IMG/VR virus record: IMGVR_UViG_2513237213_000004
Location: 1-64,000 of that record
From: a virus
Lineage: Duplodnaviria > Caudoviricetes
Length of the DNA stretch: 64,000 nt
Direction: 5' to 3' (one strand)
Both the position numbers and the translations under genes were made by a program. The stretch's first letter is position 1; every line of letters starts with the position of its first letter. Below the pieces are notes generated by a model. The model did no database searches. It was not told where the DNA came from and was given only the letters and a program-made list of their open reading frames with translations. Shown in pieces: positions 30,335 to 39,931 of the stretch.

Positions 30335-30425
30335 TCAAAAAAGGCCCCCATGCTAGTCCATCACCACTAGCGGGGCCTTTTTCTTTTGGGTAACATATGT
30401 ATACCCACGAATTTTTAGCTACGTT
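30335..30425 (-). ncRNA. Antitoxin sRNA convergent with toxin
   Basis: Promoter TTGACT-17-TATATT (~30427-30455, minus); 30395-30416 repeats the toxin start region 30209-30230; shared terminator. Confidence 0.75.
30338..30383. terminator. Bidirectional terminator shared by toxin mRNA and antitoxin
   Basis: aaaaaaggcccc-atgctagt...actagc-ggggccttttt. Confidence 0.85.
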
Positions 30426-30473
30426 TAATATATCACTTCGCGCCGTAAAAGTCAATAATTTCATAATTTAACA

Positions 30474-30545
30474 ATGGTATAATTGTATAACTGTGTACCA
30501 TTACGCCATTACACTGCTATACAATTACACCATTACAATGGTGCA
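30474..30545. repeat. Octamer tandem array 3 (candidate parS/centromere)
   Basis: tataattg tataactg tgtaccat tacgccat tacactgc tatacaat tacaccat tacaatgg. Confidence 0.8.
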
Positions 30546-30589
30546 ATATAAGAAAAACGGGCCTGGCTACGAAAGCCAAGCCCCATTCC

Positions 30590-31345
30590 TTAGTCAGCCA
30601 CCTTGGAAACCGTGATAACTGCAAAGTCATCGTGACCATCACCAGGATCAAGGATATTGACCGTAAGCTGCGGCGTAGATGCCTTATCACGAGCCGTTTC
30701 AATATCGAATTTACCATCGCAACGCACACGACGAGCATAGATATCAACCTGGTACTTAGTACCGTCGCTGGATTCCGTCTGGAACATCCAGTTGAACGTA
30801 GCGACTTCCGGCATTGCGTTTTTCAGCATGGAAGCCTGCACTGCGGAAGCATCGTCAGCCTTGTACCATACTGCATATTCGCCTGCTTCTGCACCTTCGG
30901 CAAAAGTTACTTTACCGTCAGCACTTACAGTTACCTTGTCAGACTTTGCACCGTCCGGACCAAGAATTGCGATGACTTCAACACCGGACAGAGTTTCGCC
31001 TTTCATAAGTTCCGTAGATTCCGTGGTCAGCAAAACACGATTCGTGCGCTTATTTCCGGAAGCCTGCAAATTAACGCCCTGGGCTACCGTAAGCTGCGAG
31101 AGGGAAAATTCCGCATTGGTAATCTCAATGTTACCTTCCTTCTTGCTGATGAAAGTGTAAAGCGGGAACAGAGAATCACCACCGTACTGGTCCTCGGTAG
31201 TCGCATTGACGTTCAGCTTCATGCTCTGGCTCGTAGTCAGTTCCAGGAGTTTACCGGAAACAGTGTTCAGAACACCTTTGCCGATACCATGGAGTAACAA
31301 GCCTTTACCTAAAATGTTGTTCAGATTAGCCATGTTATACATCAC
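30590..31345 (-). CDS. Major tail protein
   Basis: Position after tail terminator and before TAC; 251 aa beta-rich; own terminator ~30552-30585. Confidence 0.8.
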   Translation of the reverse strand: MMYNMANLNNILGKGLLLHGIGKGVLNTVSGKLLELTTSQSMKLNVNATTEDQYGGDSLFPLYTFISKKEGNIEITNAEFSLSQLTVAQGVNLQASGNKRTNRVLLTTESTELMKGETLSGVEVIAILGPDGAKSDKVTVSADGKVTFAEGAEAGEYAVWYKADDASAVQASMLKNAMPEVATFNWMFQTESSDGTKYQVDIYARRVRCDGKFDIETARDKASTPQLTVNILDPGDGHDDFAVITVSKVAD

Positions 31346-31354
31346 ATTCCTTTC

Positions 31355-31783
31355 TTAGTTGAATACCAATGGCATAAATTCCAATCGGTATTTAAATATA
31401 TCTTTGATTCCAGAGGTTTTCTGTCCTTCGGAGCAAACTCGCTCGTCAAAATACTCGTGCATAAGGTAGACAATTCTCTCTCGTATGTTACCGACTTCTG
31501 ACCGGTTTTTCGTATAAATATCAATTCTTAGAATTCCCTTATTCATATAAGCATTTTTCGTGGTGCTTGCATCGACAAAATAAAACGCAATGAAATTCAA
31601 ATCCTTTGGTTCATATTCGTCTACTTCTTGGTCCCTTCTGCGGAACTTCAAAGAAAAATTCTTGTCTTTCGCCGGACAAAATGAAGCATCATTTTCCGGC
31701 CTTTTTATTTTGAGGTATCTTTGTAAATCCTCGTCGCTGGTGAGCACATTAGCCAGCTTTTCTGTGTATTGAAAAGTGTTCAC
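31355..31783 (-). CDS. Tail terminator / neck protein
   Basis: Synteny; LRIDIY motif. Confidence 0.6.
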   Translation of the reverse strand: MNTFQYTEKLANVLTSDEDLQRYLKIKRPENDASFCPAKDKNFSLKFRRRDQEVDEYEPKDLNFIAFYFVDASTTKNAYMNKGILRIDIYTKNRSEVGNIRERIVYLMHEYFDERVCSEGQKTSGIKDIFKYRLEFMPLVFN

Positions 31784-32361
31784 TTTGGTTCACCTCGCAT
31801 AATATATCTGTCAGCCATAGCCCCCAGCGCATTGAAAATATCATCTTCCATTACGGCTATCCTTGCCGATTTACCAGAAGAAGCGGTGACATTTTCCTTG
31901 ACAATATGCTGACCTTCAATGGGACGTACTTTGGCCCATGGTTTACCACCGCCAGCCGTTTGCCATTCCAGGTTTAAACCATGAGGCATAGCTGCGGAAG
32001 AACCTTGATGCCAATTTCCATCTAAGTCCTGATAAGGGCCACGGGTGCGGATTTCTGTGCCGCTTTCATCGTTACCAGGTGGCTTTCCACGCTCTTTATT
32101 CCACAACTCACTACGTTTATAAGCCGGTAAATCCGGGTTTTCTTTTGCATTATCCATTTTTGAGCCGGAGCCGTGTTCCAAAATCCACATCTTTTGGCCG
32201 CTCGCGACGTATTCACCACGCACAACATCGTAATCATCTTTGACTATATGAAAGTCAATCTCGGCGTTGCCCTCTGGCCTTTTATGCTTTGACCAGTCAG
32301 ACCGGATATCATCCATGATCCCCCTCGCCGTTTTCTGCATCACATTCGCCAGTTCACTCAT
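31780..32361 (-). CDS. Neck/tail completion protein (HK97 gp10-like)
   Basis: Synteny; WILEHGSG motif. Confidence 0.6.
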   Translation of the reverse strand: MSELANVMQKTARGIMDDIRSDWSKHKRPEGNAEIDFHIVKDDYDVVRGEYVASGQKMWILEHGSGSKMDNAKENPDLPAYKRSELWNKERGKPPGNDESGTEIRTRGPYQDLDGNWHQGSSAAMPHGLNLEWQTAGGGKPWAKVRPIEGQHIVKENVTASSGKSARIAVMEDDIFNALGAMADRYIMRGEPK

Positions 32362-32918
32362 TAGCGGTTATCCTCGGATACCTGGACTTCAAAAAGATTT
32401 ACATACTTGGCCGTATCTACGTTTACCACGTTATAGTTTCTCCCGTTCAATCTGATTCGATATAGGAGGTCAATATCAATGTTCGGCTGCATGATGATCT
32501 TTTTTACCGTCGTTTGCAGGATACCAGCGTCATACTGCTTCATCGCTGCGGATATATCAGAGAAATTTACCGGGACATTCTCGGCAATAGTCACTGGTCT
32601 CTGTTCAATCAGTTCATAGTCCTCATAAATGTCCTCAAACTTGATTACCTCGATATATCCGTTGATCCGTCGCCCTTGCATCTGCACTGCATCGGCGGAC
32701 CGTTGCTTTGCAATGATAAGGAACTTCTCGCCGGACACCTCGCGGGTAATTAGCTCGCCATCGGTAATCTCTGTGTCTGTATTGGTTACTATAACCTTGC
32801 CATCAGCAATAGTCTTTGGAGCCATAGACTTACCACGGCGAAGCACCAAGGCTTTCTCGGTTTTATCACGGAACGTAAGCGGTTCCAGGCGGTCCGCATA
32901 GAACTGTAAGACATTCAC
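32361..32918 (-). CDS. Head-closure (stopper) protein
   Basis: Synteny; RIRLNGRNYNVVNVD. Confidence 0.6.
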   Translation of the reverse strand: MNVLQFYADRLEPLTFRDKTEKALVLRRGKSMAPKTIADGKVIVTNTDTEITDGELITREVSGEKFLIIAKQRSADAVQMQGRRINGYIEVIKFEDIYEDYELIEQRPVTIAENVPVNFSDISAAMKQYDAGILQTTVKKIIMQPNIDIDLLYRIRLNGRNYNVVNVDTAKYVNLFEVQVSEDNR

Positions 32919-33481
32919 TGCACCTGCACCCCGTCCAGAATCCGCTTTACTTCCTCGGTCATAACACCGTCATTACCAAGCGTAACCTTGATATCATAGT
33001 CATCACGGGACTTCCACCGCAAAATACCGCCCATCTGCTTGATATTGCAGGCGAGAATCCCGCAGGCACGTTTTACGTCCTCCGGAACCTCCGGATATCC
33101 GCTGGTATACTTCACCGTGATAAACTTAGGCGTGCTCCGGAACATCAAGGACCGGGGCATGTAGAAGGAGAAATACTGCGACGTATCGCCATCGAACTCT
33201 AAGCACTCCGGTTCCAACTCCAAAGAATCAGTACCAAAAGGGCTGCGGGTTTTCGCAGATACCTTATCTATGGATATCCTGGGATAATGAATCAGCTTCC
33301 CACGGGTTTCCTCGGTAGTCCTGCGATAAGTCAAGTCAACTCGTTCTGTATATTCCACCGGACCAAAAGAGCAGCCTTTATATGCGTCAATGAGGACACT
33401 TGCTGCCTCGATGTGATCCATGGTCACACCAACGGTCAAACCGCAATACTTCGTGAGTTCATCTTCGGTAATGTATGTCAC
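32915..33481 (-). CDS. Head-tail connector (adaptor) protein
   Basis: YITEDEL start, VKYTSGYPEVPEDVKRAC motif. Confidence 0.75.
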   Translation of the reverse strand: MTYITEDELTKYCGLTVGVTMDHIEAASVLIDAYKGCSFGPVEYTERVDLTYRRTTEETRGKLIHYPRISIDKVSAKTRSPFGTDSLELEPECLEFDGDTSQYFSFYMPRSLMFRSTPKFITVKYTSGYPEVPEDVKRACGILACNIKQMGGILRWKSRDDYDIKVTLGNDGVMTEEVKRILDGVQVQ

Positions 33482-33660
33482 TTGATATACCCCTCCTTGC
33501 GCAGATGCTCCGCAAATTCCGTAGACACATTAACTTTCCCATCTTTAATGGGGATTTCCACAGAATTTGCCAGGAAAGACCTGCATTTCTTATATGCCTC
33601 TGCTACCTCATACCCGGTAACTTCGGCCTCTGTTTTCTTCTTAGCTGCCATGCTCTCACC
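33478..33660 (-). CDS. Small hypothetical virion-associated protein
   Basis: ORF between MCP and connector. Confidence 0.55.
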   Translation of the reverse strand, partial: GESMAAKKKTEAEVTGYEVAEAYKKCRSFLANSVEIPIKDGKVNVSTEFAEHLRKEGYIK

Positions 33661-33759
33661 CCCCATCAATCTCATGCCCTAATTAAGCCCTTCAAGGGTA
33701 GGGTATTTTGGTAAGGGCGTGGGATTACTCCTCACGCGCCCTCCCTTGAAAGGCATGGA

Positions 33760-34827
33760 TTAAGCCGTGGGATTAACGGTCTTAGTCAGAATGAAGTGTG
33801 CGCCGGTCTGTGCTCCGTGTACGATGTAGTTGGAGAAATCCAGTACAAACTTGTCCGTCAGCAGACGGTCATTTGCCAGCGGGGTTTCCGGATTAGCAAT
33901 CTCGTAAACCTGCGGGCCATCATTGAACAACCAGATACGGTCAATCATTTCCGTATTGAGTGCGACAATCTTATGCGTTACTGCGCCGGTCTTTTCATCG
34001 ACTTCCGGTTTAATAAACGGAGTGAGGACAATCGGCAGAACACCCATCGGAGTGTAGAAGCCAGTCACCTTTACGCCAGGCAGGATTTCAGCCTCGATTT
34101 CACGATGGTAAATCTGGCGTTTCTGTTCCTCTTTTACCAGCACATCGTAGGTGGCATGGTTCATCGCAATGACATTCGGCTGGCCTTTGTAATCAAGACG
34201 GGCCATGAGATTGGCGATCTTGGTATTCAGAGCATCGGAAATCGTAGTATTATCGGCAATCGGAGTTACATCGGTAATCTGGGAAAGCACACCGCAATAC
34301 TCGAAGGAGTCCGTTGCATCCAGAGCCGTCTTGCCGTTCCAGAAGTCATTGGAAGTCTTACGAGCGAAATCAACAAACATGTCATTGTAATCTTTCGTAG
34401 TCAGATCCTCGAAAGTACCGTAGTTCTTCTCCATCTGGCGGGTGAAGAAGTCATAGCGGATACCAGTAGCATATGCACGCGCAAAAGCCTGCTTCCAGTT
34501 ATCACGCTTATAATCGTTGTCCAGAGCCTTCGGACGGTAGGACGGATTTTCCTTCGTGCCAAAGCCCGCGCGGGGATCAATGGCTACCGTGTTTTCCGGA
34601 ATTGCCATCTGCTCATTCCAGGTGTGGGGGTAACCTTTTGCCCGGACAGAGTTCACTTTCAGACCAATGGCGAAGTCACGTTTCAGATAATCATGGAGCA
34701 CAGAATCATAGTCACCAACAACGAGCATATGATCTTCGTTGTATACGGTCACCGGGTTACCTGCGGACTTAATCAGCGTACCGTCCATACCGGTAGCCAT
34801 AGCCGCTGCGAATTTTTCTCTAGCCAT
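33760..34827 (-). CDS. Major capsid protein (HK97 fold)
   Basis: Follows protease/scaffold; 355 aa; strong codon bias; EYCGVLSQI, VTGFYTPMGVLPIV. Confidence 0.85.
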   Translation of the reverse strand: MAREKFAAAMATGMDGTLIKSAGNPVTVYNEDHMLVVGDYDSVLHDYLKRDFAIGLKVNSVRAKGYPHTWNEQMAIPENTVAIDPRAGFGTKENPSYRPKALDNDYKRDNWKQAFARAYATGIRYDFFTRQMEKNYGTFEDLTTKDYNDMFVDFARKTSNDFWNGKTALDATDSFEYCGVLSQITDVTPIADNTTISDALNTKIANLMARLDYKGQPNVIAMNHATYDVLVKEEQKRQIYHREIEAEILPGVKVTGFYTPMGVLPIVLTPFIKPEVDEKTGAVTHKIVALNTEMIDRIWLFNDGPQVYEIANPETPLANDRLLTDKFVLDFSNYIVHGAQTGAHFILTKTVNPTA

Positions 34828-34872
34828 GTTTCACATCACATTCCTTTCTAAAAAAGAGCCAATCCCGAAGGA

Positions 34873-35889
34873 TTAGCCCTGCATACGAAGTTTCGTAATC
34901 TCTTTAATTTTGTCCATGGGACTCATTGCAGATGCCTTGATTTCGGCCATCTTAGCTTCCCGGTCATCATCGCCCACCAGCGGATTGCCTGCTACATGCT
35001 GACCAGCCTTCGGAGTGGGGATTTCCTCTTTGGAACCTTTCATCGGTTCCGGCTCTTTGCCTTCCTCGCCATCTTCCGGTTCGCCCTCGCCCTTTTCCTC
35101 GGCTGCTGCCTTGATTGCGTCAACGTCGTTCTTGGCCTGCTCTGCGGCAGCCTTGACTTTATCAATAGATGCCTTGATATCGTCCAGATCCTCTTTGGAT
35201 ACCTGTGCTTCCAGAGAAGCCTTGATTTCGCCCTGGGTTTCCTCGATGCTCTTAATGCGCTGCTCCATGGATTCAGCCACAGAAGCCGCAATCTCTTTTA
35301 CCAGTGCGTCCTTTTCCTCTTTCGTCATTTCCACATCACTCCTATTTGCTTTTGCTGCTGCCAGTTTTTCAATGAACGTGTCACTGAAAGCTGCACAGTT
35401 CTGCCAAAGGATTGCACAACCACAACCCTCGAATTTGTCCATATAAATAACTTCCTCGTCCTCATGGGTGGCCGTTGCATACCATTCCAAGGAGAAACCC
35501 AGGGAACCAGCGCCATTGAGGATCATGTACGCTTCATCCGGATATTTCTCTTTCCACACAACGATTTCAGCCATGAGGTTTTCGCCTTCTGCATGAACTT
35601 CTCGGATATAACCGATGTTCACATTGCCGTGGTCCGTGAATAAATCCTCCGTATCCTCGTACCAACTCGGATATACGCAATTCAGCGGCATCCCTACAAA
35701 GGACTGTGCGCAGGCGTCCACAGACTCCTGCGTAAATGCTACGAGCTTACCACCGGCCCCACACGGCGAACCAGACGATGCCTTGCCAATCGTAGCAATG
35801 CAGCCGGTAATTACCATTTTGTGTGCTTCCGTGGACATCACAACATTAGAGAGCGATGCTTCAATCTTTGTCTTTTTCGTTGCTATCAC
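34873..35889 (-). CDS. Prohead protease / scaffold fusion
   Basis: N-terminal protease-like domain (GFSLE) and acidic Ala-rich coiled-coil scaffold-like C-terminus. Confidence 0.7.
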   Translation of the reverse strand: MIATKKTKIEASLSNVVMSTEAHKMVITGCIATIGKASSGSPCGAGGKLVAFTQESVDACAQSFVGMPLNCVYPSWYEDTEDLFTDHGNVNIGYIREVHAEGENLMAEIVVWKEKYPDEAYMILNGAGSLGFSLEWYATATHEDEEVIYMDKFEGCGCAILWQNCAAFSDTFIEKLAAAKANRSDVEMTKEEKDALVKEIAASVAESMEQRIKSIEETQGEIKASLEAQVSKEDLDDIKASIDKVKAAAEQAKNDVDAIKAAAEEKGEGEPEDGEEGKEPEPMKGSKEEIPTPKAGQHVAGNPLVGDDDREAKMAEIKASAMSPMDKIKEITKLRMQG

Positions 35890-37174
35890 CCCCTTCTGTA
35901 TTAGTAGTATCCTTTATATTTCCGTTCCCATTGAATCCACCAGCAATACCAAGGTCAACATTGATATTCGCCGTTTTCTCCGGGTAGGTCATATTGGCAT
36001 AATCAGAGGTGCTTTCCTCGTAGCCCATGATTCTGCGGACTTCGTTTTCCGTAAGCACTCCCTTGTAGTATTCATCCACCACACGCTTGGATTTTACGGA
36101 TTTCTGCATTTCAGAATCCTCGAAGATATATCGGAATTTCAGTACACCGCCAAGGCCCATGTTGGCAATCACATAGTTGTTATACAGGTCCTCCATCATC
36201 GCTGCATAGGGCTTAATGAGTTCCTGTGTCATAGCGTTTTCCTGGTCCTCACCGGTGCTCCTGTCATTTGCAATGACCAGACCAAGTTTTTCCGGTGGGA
36301 TGCCAAAGGCCACACCGACAATCTGCGTCAACTTTTCAAGCCACTGCAAATACAGGCCATCACTGTTGATTGCCTTGATCTGCTTGGTTTCCACAGACTT
36401 GGAACCGGCCACAACCGGGATACGTCCAGTGCCTTCGATATCGTTCTTCATGTATTCGATGAATTTCTCTCGTTGTTCGGAGTTGATTCCTTCACCCAGG
36501 GAAATCAAGAACTCTGCCGTAGCGTTGGTGGCCTTCTCGTTGGCCTGCTCAATGGAGTCCAGGTAAAATCTCACATACTGGTAAGCCATCATAATCGGAG
36601 ATAAGCCATAGGGCTGATATGTGAAGTAGGACCGCTGCATATAAGCAATGTCCTTGGCCGTGAAATACTTCATGCCATCTTCCTGCTGCTGCATATACCG
36701 TACTGCGTTATCGTCCGTGTAATCGTATGGAACCACCATCTGAATCGTCGAACCATCCACCGGATAAAGGTATACAGGGTGCTTCGTGGACCGCGCCTTG
36801 GCCACCTCTGCGCACATAGCGTCAAGCACCATGGCATCATCCAAAAGCCGCTTCGTGAACGAACTACGGCTATCCACAAGATTAGGATGCTCAATGCAAT
36901 TCTGTACCGCTGCAATCTCCCGGATTTTCTTTCCCCGGCCACCAATCACATCAATGGTATACGGCTGCCGGGCCAAGGAATCCTGGACAATGGTTATCGC
37001 CTTCCGCACGATTGGATCACGACTGAAATTCCGTAACTGCCTTACCGTGGGATTTTTCGGGAGCACTGACTTGCGCTTATTATCCCGTGGCATCCAACTC
37101 ATGTACATCTGGTTTGGAAGGAGCCTAGCGAGGGGACCTTTGCTTGCCAAAAACTTTTTTACGTTGTCAAACAA
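35861..37174 (-). CDS. Portal protein
   Basis: YGLSPI, AFGIPPEKLG, LTENEVRRIMGY HK97-type portal motifs. Confidence 0.92.
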   Translation of the reverse strand: MFDNVKKFLASKGPLARLLPNQMYMSWMPRDNKRKSVLPKNPTVRQLRNFSRDPIVRKAITIVQDSLARQPYTIDVIGGRGKKIREIAAVQNCIEHPNLVDSRSSFTKRLLDDAMVLDAMCAEVAKARSTKHPVYLYPVDGSTIQMVVPYDYTDDNAVRYMQQQEDGMKYFTAKDIAYMQRSYFTYQPYGLSPIMMAYQYVRFYLDSIEQANEKATNATAEFLISLGEGINSEQREKFIEYMKNDIEGTGRIPVVAGSKSVETKQIKAINSDGLYLQWLEKLTQIVGVAFGIPPEKLGLVIANDRSTGEDQENAMTQELIKPYAAMMEDLYNNYVIANMGLGGVLKFRYIFEDSEMQKSVKSKRVVDEYYKGVLTENEVRRIMGYEESTSDYANMTYPEKTANINVDLGIAGGFNGNGNIKDTTNTEGGDSNEKDKD

Positions 37175-37188
37175 TGTTTCTCACCCCC

Positions 37189-38823
37189 TCATTTAAAAAA
37201 ACCGAAGGGCGTATTTGCCATTCGGTTCCTGTTTTTATTCATATTCATTCTGCTTCCTCCGGCATCAATGCTGCCAAAGGAGAAATTTGCTACCGATGTT
37301 TCAAGCAATGGCTTCAATGCCATTTCTAAGCAATCAGGGCCGTCATCATGGCCCTTTGGATAATTCCGAAGCTGACTAAGTAATATCTTCTGCCCGGCCT
37401 TAAACTTGATATGTCCCTGCCGAACATGGGGAACCAGGCTCTCGATACGGGCAGCCTTGCTATCGCCATTGGTATGGCATACGTCAATCCAGTCAAGGTA
37501 AATCCCTGCCTGCACCAGTTCACGCTGCAAAGTCGAAGAAAAAAACAACTGCATCTGGTTCGTTTCACAGACAATCTTCGGATTATGCGGATAATACTTA
37601 GCGATTATCGCCTTTGCGTCCTCTATGATTTCCTCCGGCCTCCGCTTTTTGAGGTCAGCGTCCAATACATAGAAGTAATTGTCAGAACACCGAGCCACCG
37701 CGATAATAGCGGAAAAGTCGTTCATGCGCTTACCACCGATGGCCGGATCAATCGCAATGCAAACCTCTTTGATTTCCGGACAATCAACGTAGCGGTTATT
37801 CTCCAACCACTCTGTCTTGAACGTCCGTGTATTCTCGGTCTGTGGATCGTTTTGGAACTCGCTGGCAAACCCTTCCTCGGACGCTATCCTGCGCTCCATC
37901 AAATGCTCATACATATCTGGGCGCTGGTTCGGCCAAAGGACTTCCGTACCGGCCAGCATTTCTTCCTTGTGCTTCCGGTAGAAGGCCATAGCATCTGAAT
38001 AAGCATGGTCACCACGGGTTAAGTCCGTCATTATATTTTCCCATTCACTCCATAGCGGACTATCGGAAAACTTAATGACCGCCTGGAACGTCTTGCGCAC
38101 CCAGGAGGAATACTCCCCATCATTCAGCATATGATAAAGCAGCGCATCATATGAAAGCACTGTACCAATGTAAAAGAAGGAACACGTTGGACACCCCATA
38201 GGCATCACATCAGAATTGAACCACTGTTTTAGTGAGGCGTTCTGCGATGGACTAGCCACCTGCTCCGCCGTTTCTAAATCGTCTAGGATTACCAGATCCG
38301 GGCGCGTACTATTAAATTTCATGCCGCGCATCTGTGCTCCTGCGCCTTTCGACGTGAGAAATACTTTGTTTCTCGTGTAGATTTCGTTGGAATTCCAGAT
38401 ATCATCATTCTTCATTTCACCGAAATCATTTTTGATTCGCTCATTGAATTCCAATTCGTTACGAATATCAATGATGAATTGCTTTGCCACCGGCCCCGTC
38501 GCGGATATAATCACGATGAAGCGCTTGTAACCATAGCAAACACACCAGAGTACAAACGCGAATGAAATCAGAGTTGACTTCGCATGGCCACGCGGGGCAG
38601 CCACAACGTTCCTGGTTTCTTCATCGCTATGATTAAGGATTACATCTTCTACCTTATGGATCAGCCAAAGGTGGAATTTCTCGGACCACTCTGACTTGAA
38701 AGAATCTGCGAGATAATACTCGCAGAACCGCTTGAAATCATGGGCGCAAATGTCACGCATACTTTGGTTATCCCCTTCTCTACGAAGTGAACCACCAAAA
38801 ATCTGCCTCATTGCATTTGCCAT
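37189..38823 (-). CDS. terL: Terminase large subunit
   Basis: APRGHAKST Walker A, LVILDDLE Walker B, IAIDPA nuclease, HDDGPDC. Confidence 0.95.
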   Translation of the reverse strand: MANAMRQIFGGSLRREGDNQSMRDICAHDFKRFCEYYLADSFKSEWSEKFHLWLIHKVEDVILNHSDEETRNVVAAPRGHAKSTLISFAFVLWCVCYGYKRFIVIISATGPVAKQFIIDIRNELEFNERIKNDFGEMKNDDIWNSNEIYTRNKVFLTSKGAGAQMRGMKFNSTRPDLVILDDLETAEQVASPSQNASLKQWFNSDVMPMGCPTCSFFYIGTVLSYDALLYHMLNDGEYSSWVRKTFQAVIKFSDSPLWSEWENIMTDLTRGDHAYSDAMAFYRKHKEEMLAGTEVLWPNQRPDMYEHLMERRIASEEGFASEFQNDPQTENTRTFKTEWLENNRYVDCPEIKEVCIAIDPAIGGKRMNDFSAIIAVARCSDNYFYVLDADLKKRRPEEIIEDAKAIIAKYYPHNPKIVCETNQMQLFFSSTLQRELVQAGIYLDWIDVCHTNGDSKAARIESLVPHVRQGHIKFKAGQKILLSQLRNYPKGHDDGPDCLEMALKPLLETSVANFSFGSIDAGGSRMNMNKNRNRMANTPFGFFK

Positions 38824-38832
38824 GAAATCACC

Positions 38833-39792
38833 TTACTTTAAATGGTATTTACGGAAATGCTCTTGGATTTTCCGTAACCGAGCCTTGGTATAGCCTGGAT
38901 GCTTCGGATACCAATCTGATAATGGGATAAGCCCCTTGGCTCCGTTGCAATCAGTACAAGCCGGGACAATGTTCTCTATGAGGTCAACTCGTTCCGGGGA
39001 CACCTTGGCCATCACCGATTGAGGAACCAGGTGCTCCGGGATAAGAGCCACATGCTCTTTACCGCAATAAGCACATTTATGACCGAACTCCTTTTTAATC
39101 CGTTCCCATTCCACAGTATTACCAAAGACACCATTGAGGGACACCCACCGCCCGGTCTGACTCCGGATAATCGTTTTGGACTCAATACCAACCACGAACT
39201 CTGTCATTACCTCCATAGGCACATGCTCCAAAAGCCATTCCTTGACCGTGATATTGATTGCCGAAGAATATGGAACTGTAATTCCAAACCACTCACCAAT
39301 GGCATCATAGAAATCCCTCGGTCTGTTGCCAGGAACCGCACCGATATACCGAGACATGAGATTATCAAAGGTATAACGCGGATTTACAAAGGGCTTGACC
39401 ACTCCAGATTGCATAAGCAAATCCTTTAGGTCATCCAACTGTTTACCAACGCTATCCACGGCAATCTCATGTCGGCTATCCTGGGACACCAGCGGAAGCA
39501 CATCATGCGTTACCCACCGTTGGTATTCCTTGGCCGTTCCCTTCCGGCTGCTGAAAATCAACCGGTAAATACCAGGAAGGCTTACTGCGTTCATCTTCTG
39601 GGGGCCACCAGGCGTATCCATGGTTATCATCCTGCGTTCATCGGCATCTAACCGGGAAACCGCATCGCGACTATTATGGATATCCAGGGCCTCGCATACG
39701 TCATTTGCGACGTACCACCGCAAAGGGCCTATTTTCTGACTCCGGACATCATCAAAGATGCCAGAGCCAAACATAGATACTTCATTGTTCAT
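38833..39792 (-). CDS. Bro-N + HNH endonuclease fusion protein
   Basis: WYVANDVCEAL...YRLIFSSRK...WVTHDVLP; C-terminal CAYCG..EHLVP..ENIVPACTDCNGAKG; start revised to ATG overlapping upstream stop. Confidence 0.8.
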   Translation of the reverse strand: MNNEVSMFGSGIFDDVRSQKIGPLRWYVANDVCEALDIHNSRDAVSRLDADERRMITMDTPGGPQKMNAVSLPGIYRLIFSSRKGTAKEYQRWVTHDVLPLVSQDSRHEIAVDSVGKQLDDLKDLLMQSGVVKPFVNPRYTFDNLMSRYIGAVPGNRPRDFYDAIGEWFGITVPYSSAINITVKEWLLEHVPMEVMTEFVVGIESKTIIRSQTGRWVSLNGVFGNTVEWERIKKEFGHKCAYCGKEHVALIPEHLVPQSVMAKVSPERVDLIENIVPACTDCNGAKGLIPLSDWYPKHPGYTKARLRKIQEHFRKYHLK

Positions 39793-39917
39793 CGTGTCTT
39801 GTGATTGAAAATTTCTTTTCTCGCCCACCGCTTATCGTCCCGGTCCTTTACATGTCTGCGAAGGTCCTTGGCTTTCTTGACGTGACGCGGATGGCGCTCT
39901 TTTTCTTCCATGCTCAT
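39789..39917 (-). CDS. Highly basic 42-aa peptide (not in ORF track)
   Basis: MSMEEKERHPRHVKKAKDLRRHVKDRDDKRWARKEIFNHKTR; SD ggag; ATGA overlap with next gene. Confidence 0.55.
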   Translation of the reverse strand: MSMEEKERHPRHVKKAKDLRRHVKDRDDKRWARKEIFNHKTR

Positions 39918-39931
39918 TTTTGAGTTCTCCC

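Noticed and set aside
30219-30464. 81-aa minus-strand ORF and 30517..30747 over the TA locus and array 3
   Set aside because: They overlap the antitoxin promoter, terminator and repeats and lack an RBS; better explained by the TA architecture
33796-34851. 351-aa plus-strand ORF fully antisense to the major capsid gene
   Set aside because: Shadow ORF from strong codon bias; no RBS or promoter and no protein-like motifs. The same applies to 277..768, 2787..3575, 3693..4532, 10007..10843, 25239..26177, 30632..31297, 35615..36604 and 49275..50045.
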